Notes: generated by a model not told the origin, from the sequence alone. Shown: positions 1-12,834, counted from the stretch's first letter. The stretch: DNA of 64,000 bases from Tubiluchus corallicola (GCA_030141605.1 JAQGDQ010000392.1:62001-126000); one strand, 5' to 3'. Made by a program: numbers and translations.

Positions 1-239
1 GCCTATTATATGTCTAGTTACCTATCTAGTCTACACATACTTTAGTCTATAGTAGAACATAATCGGCAGTCAAGGCATCTAAATATAATTGTTTGATTCG
101 GCAAGTTTAGGTTCAACGAAAATATTATATACACACAATCGGGTTATTTTCTTACATACATGATTATCAAAAGATTTTGCAGACAACATTACAATTACAC
201 GATGGGATCTAAACTACAATATGACTATAATTCATTACA

Positions 240-2899
240 TCAGCTATCAGGAAATTCATTTGGGTTTATATCAAAGTCTACCATAGCACGTTCAACTAAC
301 CACCATCGCCCACAAAAACCAATGTCTACCACTCTATCGTGAAAATTCAACCACTGAGGTTTCAAACTTTTACAACGAGCTTCAAAAAGATCACACGACT
401 TGTCGTAGTTGTCGATCCAAATTAGAGAGGCTATGCCGAGATTCAGCCGTCGTATCAAACCCTCATTGTAATAAGACAACAGCGCTTTTACGTGAGCTGC
501 AGAAGAAGGATTACATATATTTTCACTCAACAGCAATACATCATTTGCTTCCAATAAAAGTTTGCTCCTAAACTCATGTTCAGTGGGATTAGTCAGAAAT
601 GCATAGAAAGAAAAACCTATAGTTGCACAAATCGCAGTTGCTTTCAATGGATGTGCTTTTGAATCAGATACAATATCTTTTCCTACAGCGATGTAGTCAT
701 CACGCACCAGTTTCAAGTAAGCAACTGAAAAAAAAAGAAAAACGTTAAACTGGGCCAGTAATTTTTGCTCATTTATTTTCTCAGTGATAGTCAAAATGAA
801 AGCTGCTTCTTTGGGGCATTTCTTAAAACTACTAATAGGCCAGTTTTAGGCCTTATCTACACTTTCATACAGATTTATTTGCATAATGTCAGTGCAAAGT
901 GCGAGCAATCAGAAATTCATTCATTCATCACAAAATAACTCAAGAATAACTGAAGATGTAAATAGATCATCTTAGTTAAAACTGGTCATTTACACTGAAC
1001 AACGAATTATTCAGAATCATTTTTACCCTTAATTTCAGCTATTTTTACTAATTTTCAATTTAGATCATCTGTCGTAGAACGATTACTAACTAACGTTTTA
1101 TTATTCAAAACATAATCTTCAATATTAAAAGTACCAGAAAATATAGGAATGCTTAGAAAACAGCAGTTCAGATAGTACAGTTTCAGGACCCAAAATGTTT
1201 GGAAAATCATTTAAAGTAAGTTTGGATCAAATCAACTTGCTTAATTTTACAACAAATGCAAATTCACACAAAGTTGTTAATTTTTAAATCCAGTTACATT
1301 AATTTGTGCCCACACTCCCAGTTGTTTTTACTGGAATTGTACACACAATAACAACAGTACACAGAAGAGAAAAGAAACAAAAAATCTATAGCAATGCAAT
1401 TAACAAAATGTGTAATTAGGCTCAGTATTAATTTCCTATTTAAAATTTATCTATGCTTATATAGCTCTACAGGCTATAGTAGATCAACACAACTTGCAGG
1501 CGTACAAGGGCTAGCCCAAGTAGGACATGTCGTACATGGGCTGCCCAAGTAGGACACTAGAGACAGGTTGCGAATTGAGTGCATACTGGCACCATCCGCT
1601 GTCCTTGTTTATGTAATAATAATAATTAAAAACGTCAATACACGTTGAATAATTTATTATACATTTGATAAAATAAAAGAATTTTATTCTGAGCTAGAAG
1701 AATTAATATTTGCCAATATTAATCTTCTTTGAAGTGAAATAAGTGCACTTTTTAAGCGATTCCAACGTTTGCTTAAGGTATATCGTTTTTTATTTTGTCT
1801 TGTTTCACAGACAGGCGATCCTTTTCACTCCTTCTTGGACAAATAATTGTTCTCTATTAGGAAAACGGGTTAGCGAGTTATGTGTCCTACATAGTATCTC
1901 TCTTTAAAGCATTAGATACTTAGTTTATGTTATGATGATATTAATGGAACTAATAATAATGGAGATATTGTTGTAAAAAAATACATTTGTAAATTGTCAA
2001 GGACTATCTATCGGTATTATAAAGTTACTTTTTTTCTAAAACAAATTTAGTTTTATGTTTTATTATGTCATAAATCTCGATTCTCGACAGAAATCGCTAG
2101 TGTCCTATTTGGGCTGCCCATGTACGACACTGCTTTTCTGCAAATTTAGCAAATGTGTTTTATCGGAAGTGTCCTACTTCGGCTAGTGGGTTACTCGGCG
2201 CCCTACATCCTCGTCTTTATCAACACAGAATAATTCTTTATGACAAGAATAGTGACAATGATTAAAAAAAAATCACACAAATAAATACAAGAAAAAAGAA
2301 AGAAATGGCATCAAGTTTCAAACTACCACTGTAGTTCTACAAGAACTACTAACTAATGTTTGGCAGTCTTTAGTTCATATTATTAAAAAAATTTAATTTA
2401 ATATAATATAATACAATTTTCCTATTTATAAAATTAGTTTAGTAGTTTTAGAAAATTCTTATGATGTTTTTCTTTCCTCTCTGTTCTGCCTTTTTTGCCC
2501 AACTGAAGAACTAGTGTTAGTTTGGTGTTTCAAACGTTGTACCCTTTCTTTTTCGTTGTTTTTGTATGTTTCATTCAGTGACTTTATTATAACACTCAAT
2601 AGTAAAAAAATTATGATTAACTGAATGTCTTAAATGGTGAGTTGAACACTCAGTGGCTTCGTATTTCAAAATGAACTCCGTTACGTGAGCAACCTACGCA
2701 AGCCTCCCTAGATGTCCCAGCTCCTTTGAAATGTGAATTCTAGGAGTTTTGGCGAGAAAAAGACGTTATATGGTAAAGGTAAAAAAAGGATAGTCGTTAT
2801 AACACTCTAGAAAAGCATCTTACATATTCGTTGAATTCTGCCACCCTTGAATCTGTCAGTAAAACGCAAAAATCCAGGAAATTTGTTCAGAAAATTCAT
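240..2899 (-). CDS. TIMM29: Mitochondrial import inner membrane translocase subunit Tim29 (TIM22 complex), 2 coding exons, ~186 aa
   Basis: Exon 1 is 2899-2824 (MNFLNKFPGFLRFTDRFKGGRIQRI, donor T|gtaaga). Exon 2 is 724-240 (acceptor ttttttttcag, TGA at 242-240). Phases join (T+TT = Phe). Motifs DY..VGKD, HPLKA, TM segment, LIRRLNLGIASLIW.DNY, RVVDIGFCGRWW..ERAM.DFDINP.EF are typical of Tim29. An in-frame upstream ATG at 2923 would add MVVARGVK. Confidence 0.88.
1501..2190. mobile_element. Non-autonomous DNA transposon (MITE-like) with long inverted subterminal repeats, in the TIMM29 intron
   Basis: TGTCGTACATGGGCTGCCCAAGTAGGACACTAG (1528-1560) is the near-exact reverse complement of 2097-2129 (2 mismatches). 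CTAGCCCAAGTAGGACA (1511-1527) matches the reverse complement of 2170-2186 (1 mismatch). Confidence 0.7.
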
Positions 2900-2937
2900 T
2901 TTAACACCACGTGCGACCACCATACATACATTCGTGA

Positions 2938-2953
2938 GAGCGCCATCTACAGG
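2938..2953 (-). promoter_or_regulatory. CTCF-like motif at the TIMM29 promoter/5' end
   Basis: The minus strand reads CCTGTAGATGGCGCTC, close to the CTCF core CCASYAGRKGGCRS. It lies in a local CpG-rich patch just upstream of the start codon. Confidence 0.5.
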
Positions 2954-3984
2954 GCGAACTCAAAAATATTTTATTTTAAATTGCCTAAAGTTCATACACG
3001 GGCTCGCGTACACTTTTCACTATAATTATTACAATAGTTATACAATAGGCATCAATTCAATTACACTCCAAGAAGGCAGTTTTTAAATGCGTTCCTTCTC
3101 TGTTTAGAGCCTCACATGGACATTTAAATTTTATTTTCCACCTAAAACAAGTTGGGAATCATTGTTCTGTTACATACAAAAATCTCCGAAAAAAAATATT
3201 ATTAGCTAACATGATTTTTACAACAGAATTTGAATTAATAATGTAAGATTCATTTCTTCTGTGAGTCCATCAAAGCACTGCCTCAGCTTACTCAAGCTTA
3301 TATACATTACAGACTTGTAAAACACTGCAGTGATAGTCTGATAATGTTAAAATTTCTATACATTCATTTAATTTTTGCCCAACTTTAATTCCAGCTTTTT
3401 TCAATAGTATAATAATTGTAATATTTATATCTCTCAAATTGCTACTGCTGTATAGTTATTGTAAACTTGTTGTGTAAATACTTTTATCCATAATCACCAA
3501 AACTGATCATTTTAAATCAAAGGAAAATTTACAAAATTCTAAAAATCTAAAGATTTAATATCCGAGTGTCATGGTTTACAGGCTAAATACAGACTAAAAT
3601 GCACCAGAACTGGCTGAAGGCCATCAAATTAATCAGGCTTAACAAAAATCTTTAGTACCTTGCACTTCAGCAATTTTAATCAAACTAAAATTAATTAACC
3701 AAACGGTTCTAGTTAATTAACTAATTGCTACAATTTTTTTTATTTTGTGACATGCTATTCAAATCAGTTTAAAATTAATGAATTAAATAATTTTACTTAA
3801 TTTACTAATTAAAAATTGCCACAACTTTGTTTGTTGTATCAAGGACATACTAGCTAATCATACTACCATATTTAACTCGAATGAGTCACGGGAACATGCA
3901 ATTTAGATCAACTTAAAATTTATTAATTAAACAGCTTTAATTAATTAACTAAATAACAAACTGCCATAATTTTTCTGTTTCGAA

Positions 3985-4130
3985 CCAAAAATATATAGGA
4001 TATATCATCACACCAAATTTCAACTTAATTGGTTAAATATTCTGTATTTATTTTAATTCATTTGGAGTTAAAAAGATGAAAAAGTGTGATGGACAGAGTG
4101 AATGAATGACTGACTAACAGATTTTTTTCT
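3985..4130 (+). mobile_element. Possible Helentron/HINE (DINE-1-like) remnant
   Basis: CACCAAATTTCAACTTAATTGG is followed by GTGATGGACAGAGTGAATGAATGACTGAC, a short microsatellite-like tract. The upstream 3560-3980 region is rich in repeated TTAATTAA motifs. Resemblance only. Confidence 0.3.
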
Positions 4131-4609
4131 AAGAACCGAGCAATAAACTAAAAATATAATATAGTTTGAAGCTTTAGCTAAAACAGATGAATGTTGATTT
4201 GTATTTCCTAAAAAATGAAGTGCAGTCAGTACTATATTTGAGGAAGAAAATAACTTAGCCAGGTAAAACGTTGCTTAATTAACGTTAAATTCAACGTACT
4301 TTATGAAATAATATAGGTTTACTTTCTGATATTTTTACTCTTTACCTTTACTAAAATGTAAGAAAAACTCGACCACAAGTACAGAAAAACAAAGAAAAAC
4401 AGAACTCATGTGACACTTGCATTTTAAAATATTTACTCTGCTGCAGGTTTGTTGAACATGGGCACCTTAAAGTTTTTACATTGTGCCTTTATTTGCTAAT
4501 TGACTTTATATCCATGTTTTATTTTTTACTTAACTTCATATCTTTATTTGCAAAACAGTATAACATGTTAAGTATAAATACAAAAAAGTAAGTACTTACA
4601 TATGGAAAG

Positions 4610-7600
4610 TTATGATGATAATGATGACGATGACGATGATTGAAAGTCTCCTATACTTCTTTCAATATCTTGTAAATTAGTTAGAATCATTGATAGCTTG
4701 GCTTCATCAACTTCAAATTGTAAACTTTCAACCTAAAACAAAAAATAGTTGAATTGGAAACACTGTAGCTTAGCCTAAATAAACAAATAATCCAAGTGTG
4801 AAATGGTTTAATACAGTAACATGGAGTACAAAGTTTACAGGGCATTGCAATTCAGTGACGTGCAGTATGTAGTCTACAGTGCAATGCAATGCAGCGACGT
4901 GCAGTACATAGTCTACAGTGCAATGCAATGCAGTGACGTGTAGTACATAGTCTACAGTGCAATGCAATGCAGTGACGTGCATCACGTAGTCTACAATGCA
5001 ATGCAATACAGTTATTGAATTGGCATTCACAATTTTGGTTGCCATACCAAGTAAAACCATCCACCTTGGCTACTTAACTCAAGGCACCTCAAGGTAGTCC
5101 ACAAGTTAATATTAGAAAGACAAACCAGCAGGCAATGAATTAACTGAGAATGAAATACAATGTTAAATTACAGAAAACATGGAACTTAAAAGCGAAGAAA
5201 AGGGAATTTGGAAGTATGTCTCTAAAACTTCATACAAATTAATATTATTTCGCATTTAGCTTATCTGCTTAAAGTACTTATGTAAGTGAGAAAAAATTAT
5301 CAATAAGCCAGTACAACATCACTGTTTCACCAAAAAACACATCACTGATCTTATGAATAAGATAAAGTAATTTACACTTGTTTAATTAATGAAGAGTGAG
5401 CAACGAATATTCCGATTATTTTTTCCCAAAGTTATCTAAATTTGTTTCAAAAGACTTGCTATTAAAATAGTTGTGCTGAAACGGGTAGGATTCTAAATTT
5501 TCAAGTTCTGCAGCAAACTTTACTGCTAATAGTAGTTCTGTGTAATAAGACAGCATGTGGGTTAGGGGTAAGGATTCTCAAACAGAAAGTGAACTCAATT
5601 CAAATCGAATCAAATTTGTTTTTCAACTTGAATCAAACCGAATTTTGAGATTTTGAATATGAATCGAGTTCGAATTCCGTTGCCAAGAATCCGTAATAAA
5701 AAGCGGTCTCACAAAGATCATGTACAATACTCGATTTTATTCTGCAGTAAAAACACTAATATTTTGTCTAAAAATTGTGCACAGAAATCACAGCCAAATT
5801 GTGCACACTGTTTCAAATGTTTAATGATAAAGAACATATGAAGTTAATAATTTTATGAATGTAATAATAATTTAAATTTCAAATCTAATTTAAACTAGAA
5901 AAACTCATTTTAATCGAATTCGAACATTCCAAATAAATTAGAATGTTCCAACTCGAATGTTTGATGCTCACCCCTAGTGTGGTTGATACATGATTTTTTT
6001 AGCTTTATGTAAGAATTGTGTTCTGTTGTGCTTTAATAAATGGATGGTAAAACAGAAGTTCTACCTTATTTGGATCGAGGCTGTTTTCCAGTTCTAGCTG
6101 AACAATGGCTGAAGGTGAATTAATCTGCTCTGAATTTTTTGACTTGATCTTAACATCAGTTCTCCATGTCATTCCCTTAAGTTTGCTAGTCCACTGTGTT
6201 TGCTGGACCACGCTTTTATGTATTCTATAAAAAAACATGATAAACAACAACATCAGTTGTAATTCTAAATTCTCAAAATGCTATATAATAGTATGACAGT
6301 AAAAAATTCACAATCCAGGTTCTGATTTTATAATTTTCAATTACAAATATCATAAAAAAGCAATATATGAAAAAGGTGCAATTCGCTCTGAGTTCGGTTA
6401 AACGAAGTAGTAGTTTTTTTTCCAAAAGATTAGCATAAAATAAATAATGAGTTTTACTGGCTGAAAATTTTCCCACACCCTTTAAACTAAAAAACAATAA
6501 ACAGTAAACAAACTATAGCACATAAACCCTTTGTAAATTTAATTTACCATTTCATAAAGCAAGCAATAAGCAAAATCAGTAAAAACATATTAGGTTGCAA
6601 TTTAATCTACATAGACGATGTTTTAGGTAGCGTGACTCGCACATTTGCCATCATTTTTGTGCAACTTTTACAAATTCTCATAGGCAATAAAGGTATGCGA
6701 TGAGCACAAATTTCCCGATGGTGCATTCTGGTCATATCCATGACAAGGTTTACACAGCTGGTGTTTTTGGCCACATTTGGCAATTTCTCCTTTTGTCACA
6801 GGACTTTGAATGAGATCGCACATAAGTTCTCACCCATCATCTAGCAGCTGCTGTGCTCAATGTTTTGCAATCTTGAATAACACATGCTGATTAAAACAAC
6901 ATTTTATTGACACTAAATATCCGGTCCTTATTGTAATTCCTCGCATTCAGCTGGCTCAGAATCTCATTGGATCCTTCCTCCTTTCACTTCAGAGGGAGGG
7001 TTATTGTACGACACCCATTGGTCAAATTGATAACACCTTTGCTTGTTAATGACAAAGTCAACAAACGTGTTAGTAAAAATGAACACATACTCAAGAACAA
7101 ACAAACTACAGGGTACTTCCCTCAATAAATCCACCTAGGTGCAACACTGGATTTGTAAGACGAAGAGACTTATGAAGTGGTGTTTTCTGTATTGTTACAG
7201 TGTGTATTGTTTATTTACGGAGCCGAGCACTCAGTAAACGGTTGCAAAATGTTTTTCAGTAAAATGCAATAATTTATAGCATTCATATAATTAAAGCAAC
7301 TCGAGTAAATTATGTATTGTTTACAACATGGTGCTTTACATGTGAAAAACTATTTGCCAAGTCAAAAAATACAATACATGTAAATTTAATATCAGCAATG
7401 ATGCAGCAGTCATTTATTTTAGTCACTGATATTCTCACATGCAACGGTTATTAGTCAGAAACAGTGTGTTAGTTTAATGTATTTAAAGGGAGATCTGGTT
7501 TTGTGTTTGACTAATCTTTCTGCATTGTAATGTGTAAATTATACCTCTAAAAACAAAAATTTAAGTGTACAAAATGCAAGGGTGTACAACTTTCTTAGAA

Positions 7601-8946
7601 CAAAGATGATGAGATCTAGTTCACATTAAAATGGAGGACAAGCGTATAGTCTTATGTCACAGTTTTGTATTCGTTGCAGCGCGCAAGGTGAATTTGTAAA
7701 GCTAATTTTGGATTCAACAACTTGCGCATTTTACTAGGCTAAAGCATTATACAGTTACCTTCTGCCCATAGTGGCCACAATAAGCGATTGAATTTATTAT
7801 CCATGGATTTATTCAGCAGATTCTACAGTATAAGACTAACCAGAACAAGAAAATTTTAAAATAAGCTAGGGGATTGGATCAATAATATCCATTGAATCAC
7901 GAAAACAAAAGTAACAAACTTGTTTCTCTGCTGTTTCCAGAAGCGCATGAAAACTTCAGCCTGGTTTTCAGTTATTCCTCCATCTTTTTTGCTTGTCTGA
8001 GAAGTGAGAAATGCTTGCAGTTGTTTTGAGTCCATGTCACTAGTAGCAATGCTCTGTGGAAATACAAATCTTGCAAATTCTAAGCATCAGCATCACAAAT
8101 CTACTGTCTGTTGTAAAAGCTATATTAGCATGTTATAGATATTATGCACTAGTGCAATAGATATTATGCACTACATAACTATAACTATATGTCACTATAG
8201 CTATATAGAGCATATGTCATTATATATATATATATATATATTCAAAACATGTTTTTGAAATAATTTGTTTTCGAAGTAAGCTATAATATGTCCAGAATTT
8301 CTACACGACCTACAGAATTACCGGCAGTATAATGCTATTACTAGTCCTGTTAGCAATATCAGTAAAGTTTATTTTTATTTTCCAGTGCTAACATTCTCAT
8401 GCTGTTTAACAACCAGCTCTTTATATTGGTCGACTGACCTCCTGATAGACAGGACAAGTATAATATAGTTTTTTGGTGTGTAACTGTTAGCTCATTTGTG
8501 TTTTTTATTTACATTTGCATAATTATATATTCACTAAGTTCACTTATTGTTCGCTTGGATGCAATTTATTTGTTTCAAAACATAAAGTTTTGAACAAGAA
8601 CAGCAGCCTTCACAATTGTTTGTCAGGAATATCTTGTAGAACAGCCTGAGCTGCCGGGCATTTTTCCAATAGAAAAACCGGCTCCAACAAAAAATTTAAG
8701 AAGCAGAAAGAGATCAATTTAATATAAAAATTTAAAGTTAGAAGTGTGATGATAACATTGGTTTATACAAACCTTCAGGACAAATCTAGTCTTTGTTATT
8801 AATGTCTTAAATGCATCTTTTTCCATATCTGGATAAACATGCTGTTTAAGAACATCTTCTGTCACATCTTCTTCATGGTAATAATCAATTTTAACAATTC
8901 CATTTAGGAGAGCTTGGAAATGTTTCGAACTTTCTTCTTCCGACAT
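4610..8946 (-). CDS. COMMD1: COMM domain-containing protein 1, 4 coding exons, ~196 aa
   Basis: Exons 8946-8773, 8053-7920, 6224-6065 and 4732-4610; all GT-AG with consistent phases. Motifs ALLNGI, SIATSDMD.KQL.AFLTSQT.KK.GGIT..QA....FWK and the COMM domain L.GMTWRTD...K....IN.P.AIVQLEL...LQFE.D match COMMD1. Confidence 0.92.
4853..5008. repeat. 39-bp minisatellite, 4 copies, in COMMD1 intron 3
   Basis: Unit CAGTGACGTGCAGTACATAGTCTACAGTGCAATGCAATG starts at 4853, 4892, 4931 and 4970. It explains the repetitive ORFs 4770..5060 and 4852..5064. Confidence 0.95.
5563..5976. mobile_element. hAT-like MITE
   Basis: Termini TAGGGGTAAGGAT and ATGCTCACCCCTA, a degenerate 8-bp TSD (ATGTGGGT / GTGTGGTT), and clusters of TCGAAT/ATTCGA subterminal motifs at both ends. 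Confidence 0.65.
8486..8665 (+). repeat. Dispersed repeat, copy 1 (~180 bp), in COMMD1 intron 1
   Basis: Shares collinear blocks with 10167-10343: TTTACATTTGCA, ATTCACTAAGTTCA, TTTCAAAACA, TTGTTTGTCAG, AATATCTTGTAGAA, CTGCCGG. Confidence 0.8.
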
Positions 8947-9345
8947 AATAAAGTGTGTTTCAATGTGCAGCTATAATTGCTGAAATAAAAATTCAATCAC
9001 GACATAAATATGGTACATTTACCACCTTTAGAAAAGAAAAGGACTTAAGTGTGTTAATTATAAATAACTTGAAGTCTACAAACAGCGTACTGATGAGGTG
9101 AAGCATGATATCAAAAGTTTAGGAATAACAAATCGACAATTTGTATGAAAAACTAGGAGTTAAGAAAACATAAAGAGATTTGATAATTAGGCATAGGGGT
9201 CAGGTGGCATGAAGAGACTTAGGGATGTTTACACCAGTAGTCCCAAATCGTCAAGGAGCACCCTGTGAAAATCTACAAAGACAGAGCTAAATTAGACTGC
9301 AGAAAATACTTTGTCACAAAAAGATAATTTAGAGAGTGTGGTTTG

Positions 9346-9451
9346 TAGACATTTGGGCCCTAGATGTTTGGGTTCTAGATATCTGGGCTCTCAACATTTA
9401 GGCCCTGTATATTTGGGCCCTAGACTTTTGGACACTGCATTTGGGTCCTGG
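9346..9451. repeat. 15-bp tandem array (~7 units, consensus TAGACATTTGGGCCC)
   Basis: Units start at 9346, 9361, 9376, 9391, 9406, 9421 and 9436. They produce the repeated xLGP/xLGS peptide in ORF 9311..9502. Confidence 0.85.
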
Positions 9452-10166
9452 TATTCGTGCTCAGATAACTTGGAGCAAAAACAGTGGTGGAGGCAGGGGT
9501 AACAACAACAACAAACACGGGTTTGGCTCTACTAGTCGTTGTACACTCCATTTTACTAATTACACAGAAATACTCGAAACTTTTTAATTGCAGTAGCCTT
9601 TGTACCTATTATCTACTGATATATGTATTACTGACCTGCTACTATGCACTACAGTAAAACCAGGCTTTAAAATCAATGATGTAAAGAACATTTATGGACT
9701 CACGGATATTAAAAATATAACGGAAATTAAGATGATGACATAGAAATTTTTCAAAAGAAGTGGGAAGATTTACTATGTCCTAAGTGCAGAAAACAAGAAG
9801 ATACAACAGAGCATGCACTACGTTATGAGAAAGTTGAAGGAATAATAAATAAGTATAGAGACTGTTATGCCTATTGAAACAGGTACTCTTTTACAATTAA
9901 TAAAAGCATTTCAAAGAAATCAAGGAATCTAGAAAAAATGAGTTATATCAGTTACATGAAAAAGTAATAAGCGGGAAGGATGACGCTCGTATGCAGAGAT
10001 GGAATGATTATATAATGCGTTTAATGAAAAAAATGCCCTTGCACACTTAAAAGTTGTGCTCATCATACTAAAGTAAAGGAGGAGCCAGTGAACCGCTAAT
10101 CGCATCGAATACTAAAGTGACGAAAAGGACAAGGTAAGACAATATAGTGTTTTGTGATGCATAAGT

Positions 10167-10343
10167 GTTAGTTCATTGTTAAGTTTTTTTACATTTGCAC
10201 AATCTGCATTCACTAAGTTCATTTCCAGTTCCTTTGAATTTACTTTTTTTTCAAAACACCACGTTTTAAGCAACAAAAGTAGTCTTCGCAATTTTTGTTT
10301 GTCAGAATATCTTGTAGAATAGTCAGATCTGCCGGCCGTTTTT
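10167..10343 (+). repeat. Dispersed repeat, copy 2, upstream of COMMD1
   Basis: Direct-orientation homolog of 8486-8665. Confidence 0.8.
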
Positions 10344-12834
10344 CACGACCAACAATTCTATTATGGTGACACACGATCTTGTGTAGTACGTGTGGCATTT
10401 AAAACTAGTAATGACACTTGAAAATTTTCCTACTTAAAAAGGCAACCAAGGCACTGTGACAATTATTTTAGGAAGTAAAAGATGAAACCTCCTAACAGTG
10501 CAGTTTATTTCTACGTCGAATCTTACAAGACACTTTTGTTTAGCATTCCAGACATCGAGATGCGAAAAGAAATGCTTTCATTAATAATTACAGCTTTTTA
10601 AATGGCGCAACCTGTTTTCGTTTTGTTTGTTGTGCCTTTGATTTTAATTCTATAGTTCTTTTATTGTTTTCACTGTGCCCTTTCACCTCACGTTGTGTGT
10701 GTGCGTGGGTACGTGTTCGTTGGGCTGGACAACCAAAAGCGCCTATTACAACCAGTGAATCATGTAATATTGTAGACAGGTATAAGCTAGAGATGGCAAT
10801 TCAATGTCTACTTAGCTACAAATAATATTTTTGGAAGACAGCGATTTTGTGCAGCTGAATATGTGAAGTGTCTGGAGTATGATTCAAAACGACATAGCCA
10901 TATTTAGAAAAAACAATGATCAAAACTTTACTTGTTTCTGATAAACGATGATAAATTACTTAGCGAGAATTGGTTACTTCCTTTGTATGTGATGTTCCAC
11001 AATACTGAAATAGTCTAAAAGCTTAAAACCGACAATTATTATTTACGTATCTCAAGAAATAAAGTGCACAGCAGCAATGCATCTCAAAAATGCTGGTTAG
11101 GAGTGGTAGCTTACCATTGTACAGAAACAAATAAGTCATCTATAAAAAATGTTGTACATTTATTATCTATTTACACTGGATAACAACAGAGTTGTGTACA
11201 CATACATAATGGTAATAAAAATTCTGTATACTACATAATGCACTAGCCAATTTAAAAATGTAGTGCAATAGTCAAATTCTCACAGTTATAATGTACAAAT
11301 TTCATACAATGTACTTACATAATATCATAAAAAATTGTTTTGTTTTACATAATTGTAAACCATAATAACTATTAAGCAAAATCTATACTGCTGCTAACAA
11401 AAGCCTAGCAAAAAGACTCTTTAGTATAATCATGATTATGAGTAAAACAATTATAATGATCTAATTGCATGAAATACTCCATGTAGTATTTCCAAAATTA
11501 ACTCGGTAGATTTTACACTAGATCAACTAGTCTTAAATTATAATTCTGACTAATAAAGCTCATAAATAATTCAAGTTAATAAGAAAATGTTCAGCTACCT
11601 GTAAGGAATATAACTTAATGAATATGAAATTGTAGTTCGTGTTTATCACATAGGCAACGCATATGTAAAAAGTCTACTAGTAGATTTAAACTGACATTTC
11701 TTTTAAAAACATGAGTATCTAAAAAAGAATTCGTCGCACTGATTATTAGACTAAACGCTCTTAAAAAATGACATAATTTCAGTTATATTCAATAGTGAGA
11801 TGCAACTAATCAACAAACTGAAGCAAAAATAATTCTCAGAAAGCTTACCACAATCTAAAATCCTACCAGACAATATGGAAAGTATAAACATTAATCAAAG
11901 CATGTGCCCGATGATTCGAATACAGCAATACGGACCCAAATACTAAACAGATGAGTGATCACAAGACTTCTCTGTGCAGTTTCGTGTCCCTTTTCCTCCC
12001 AACCATTTATCTCTTTAATAAATCACGGACATACACCCGAATTTGGCTAAGATATCTCTATCAATTCAGTATCTCGTCTTAGCCATTATTTGGTCTTGCC
12101 ACAACCATCAACATGACACACAGACCCTGTCATTGAATGCAAGCATATTGGCTTGCACATTGCTGAGCTATATTACCAAGAACTGTATTATAATATTATC
12201 ATGATGAAATAGAAATAAATGAAAAGGGTAATTAAAATCACAATAAGGTTATATGAAGTTCTGATATGCATTTATATTAATTTAGATTTAGAATTGAAAA
12301 TGTGTACTATTTACATATTTTGCAGTGGTAACTGTAGTTTACTTTTCAGAGTTTATACATGGCTCGTTAATTCCAGCCTTTGATTGTGCACAATTCTTGT
12401 GTGCAGTAGGCACATTATACTTGATTGTCTTAACACTGTAATTGGACATTTGCACTGTTATCATTATGCTAGCTGCAGTTTTAAATTATAACAAAATGGC
12501 AGTAACAGGCCCTGACCTGAATCTGGACGTCTTAAAGATACCTGTACTTTCTCAACGTATTATGCAAATTAGAGATTGTTACCATTTGAATGCTGCTTTC
12601 CCCAAGGACATAAAAGTGAGTCTCAAGAATGTTCTCCGGCAGTATACAGTTTTTGTCACTTCAATGGTCAACAGCCACAACTGGAAACCCTTGTCCAGAC
12701 AATCAGTTGGAATGAAGATCACAACAGCCAACATATTAAAGAAGGCAACTGCACAGTTTATTCTTTTGGCTTCATGCACTTCATCTGTGCATTTACACAA
12801 TTTCTAAGCTCACGGTCTCACGAAGATTCACATA

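Noticed and set aside
725-794. N-terminal part of ORF 240..794 (MTITEKINEQ...FFS)
   Set aside because: It is intronic polypyrimidine tract. The better N-terminus comes from exon 2899-2824.
4588-4599. Consensus donor GTAAGT 10 nt after the COMMD1 stop, suggesting a 3' UTR intron or COMMD1-TIMM29 read-through
   Set aside because: It is part of a palindrome (GTAAGTACTTAC), several AATAAA signals follow within ~60-120 nt, and no partner acceptor is evident.
4853-5008. Regular repeats here and at 9346 and 37536 considered as CRISPR-like arrays
   Set aside because: The units are head-to-tail with no unique spacers, there are no cas genes, and the context is eukaryotic.
4770-5064. Cys/His-rich repetitive ORFs resembling a metal-binding protein
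   Set aside because: They are translations of the intronic 39-bp minisatellite.
6600-7100. Slightly GC-richer, coding-looking patch in COMMD1 intron 2
   Set aside because: The minus-strand frames I translated contain stops, the ORF track lists nothing here, and I recognised no motif. It is probably an old TE.
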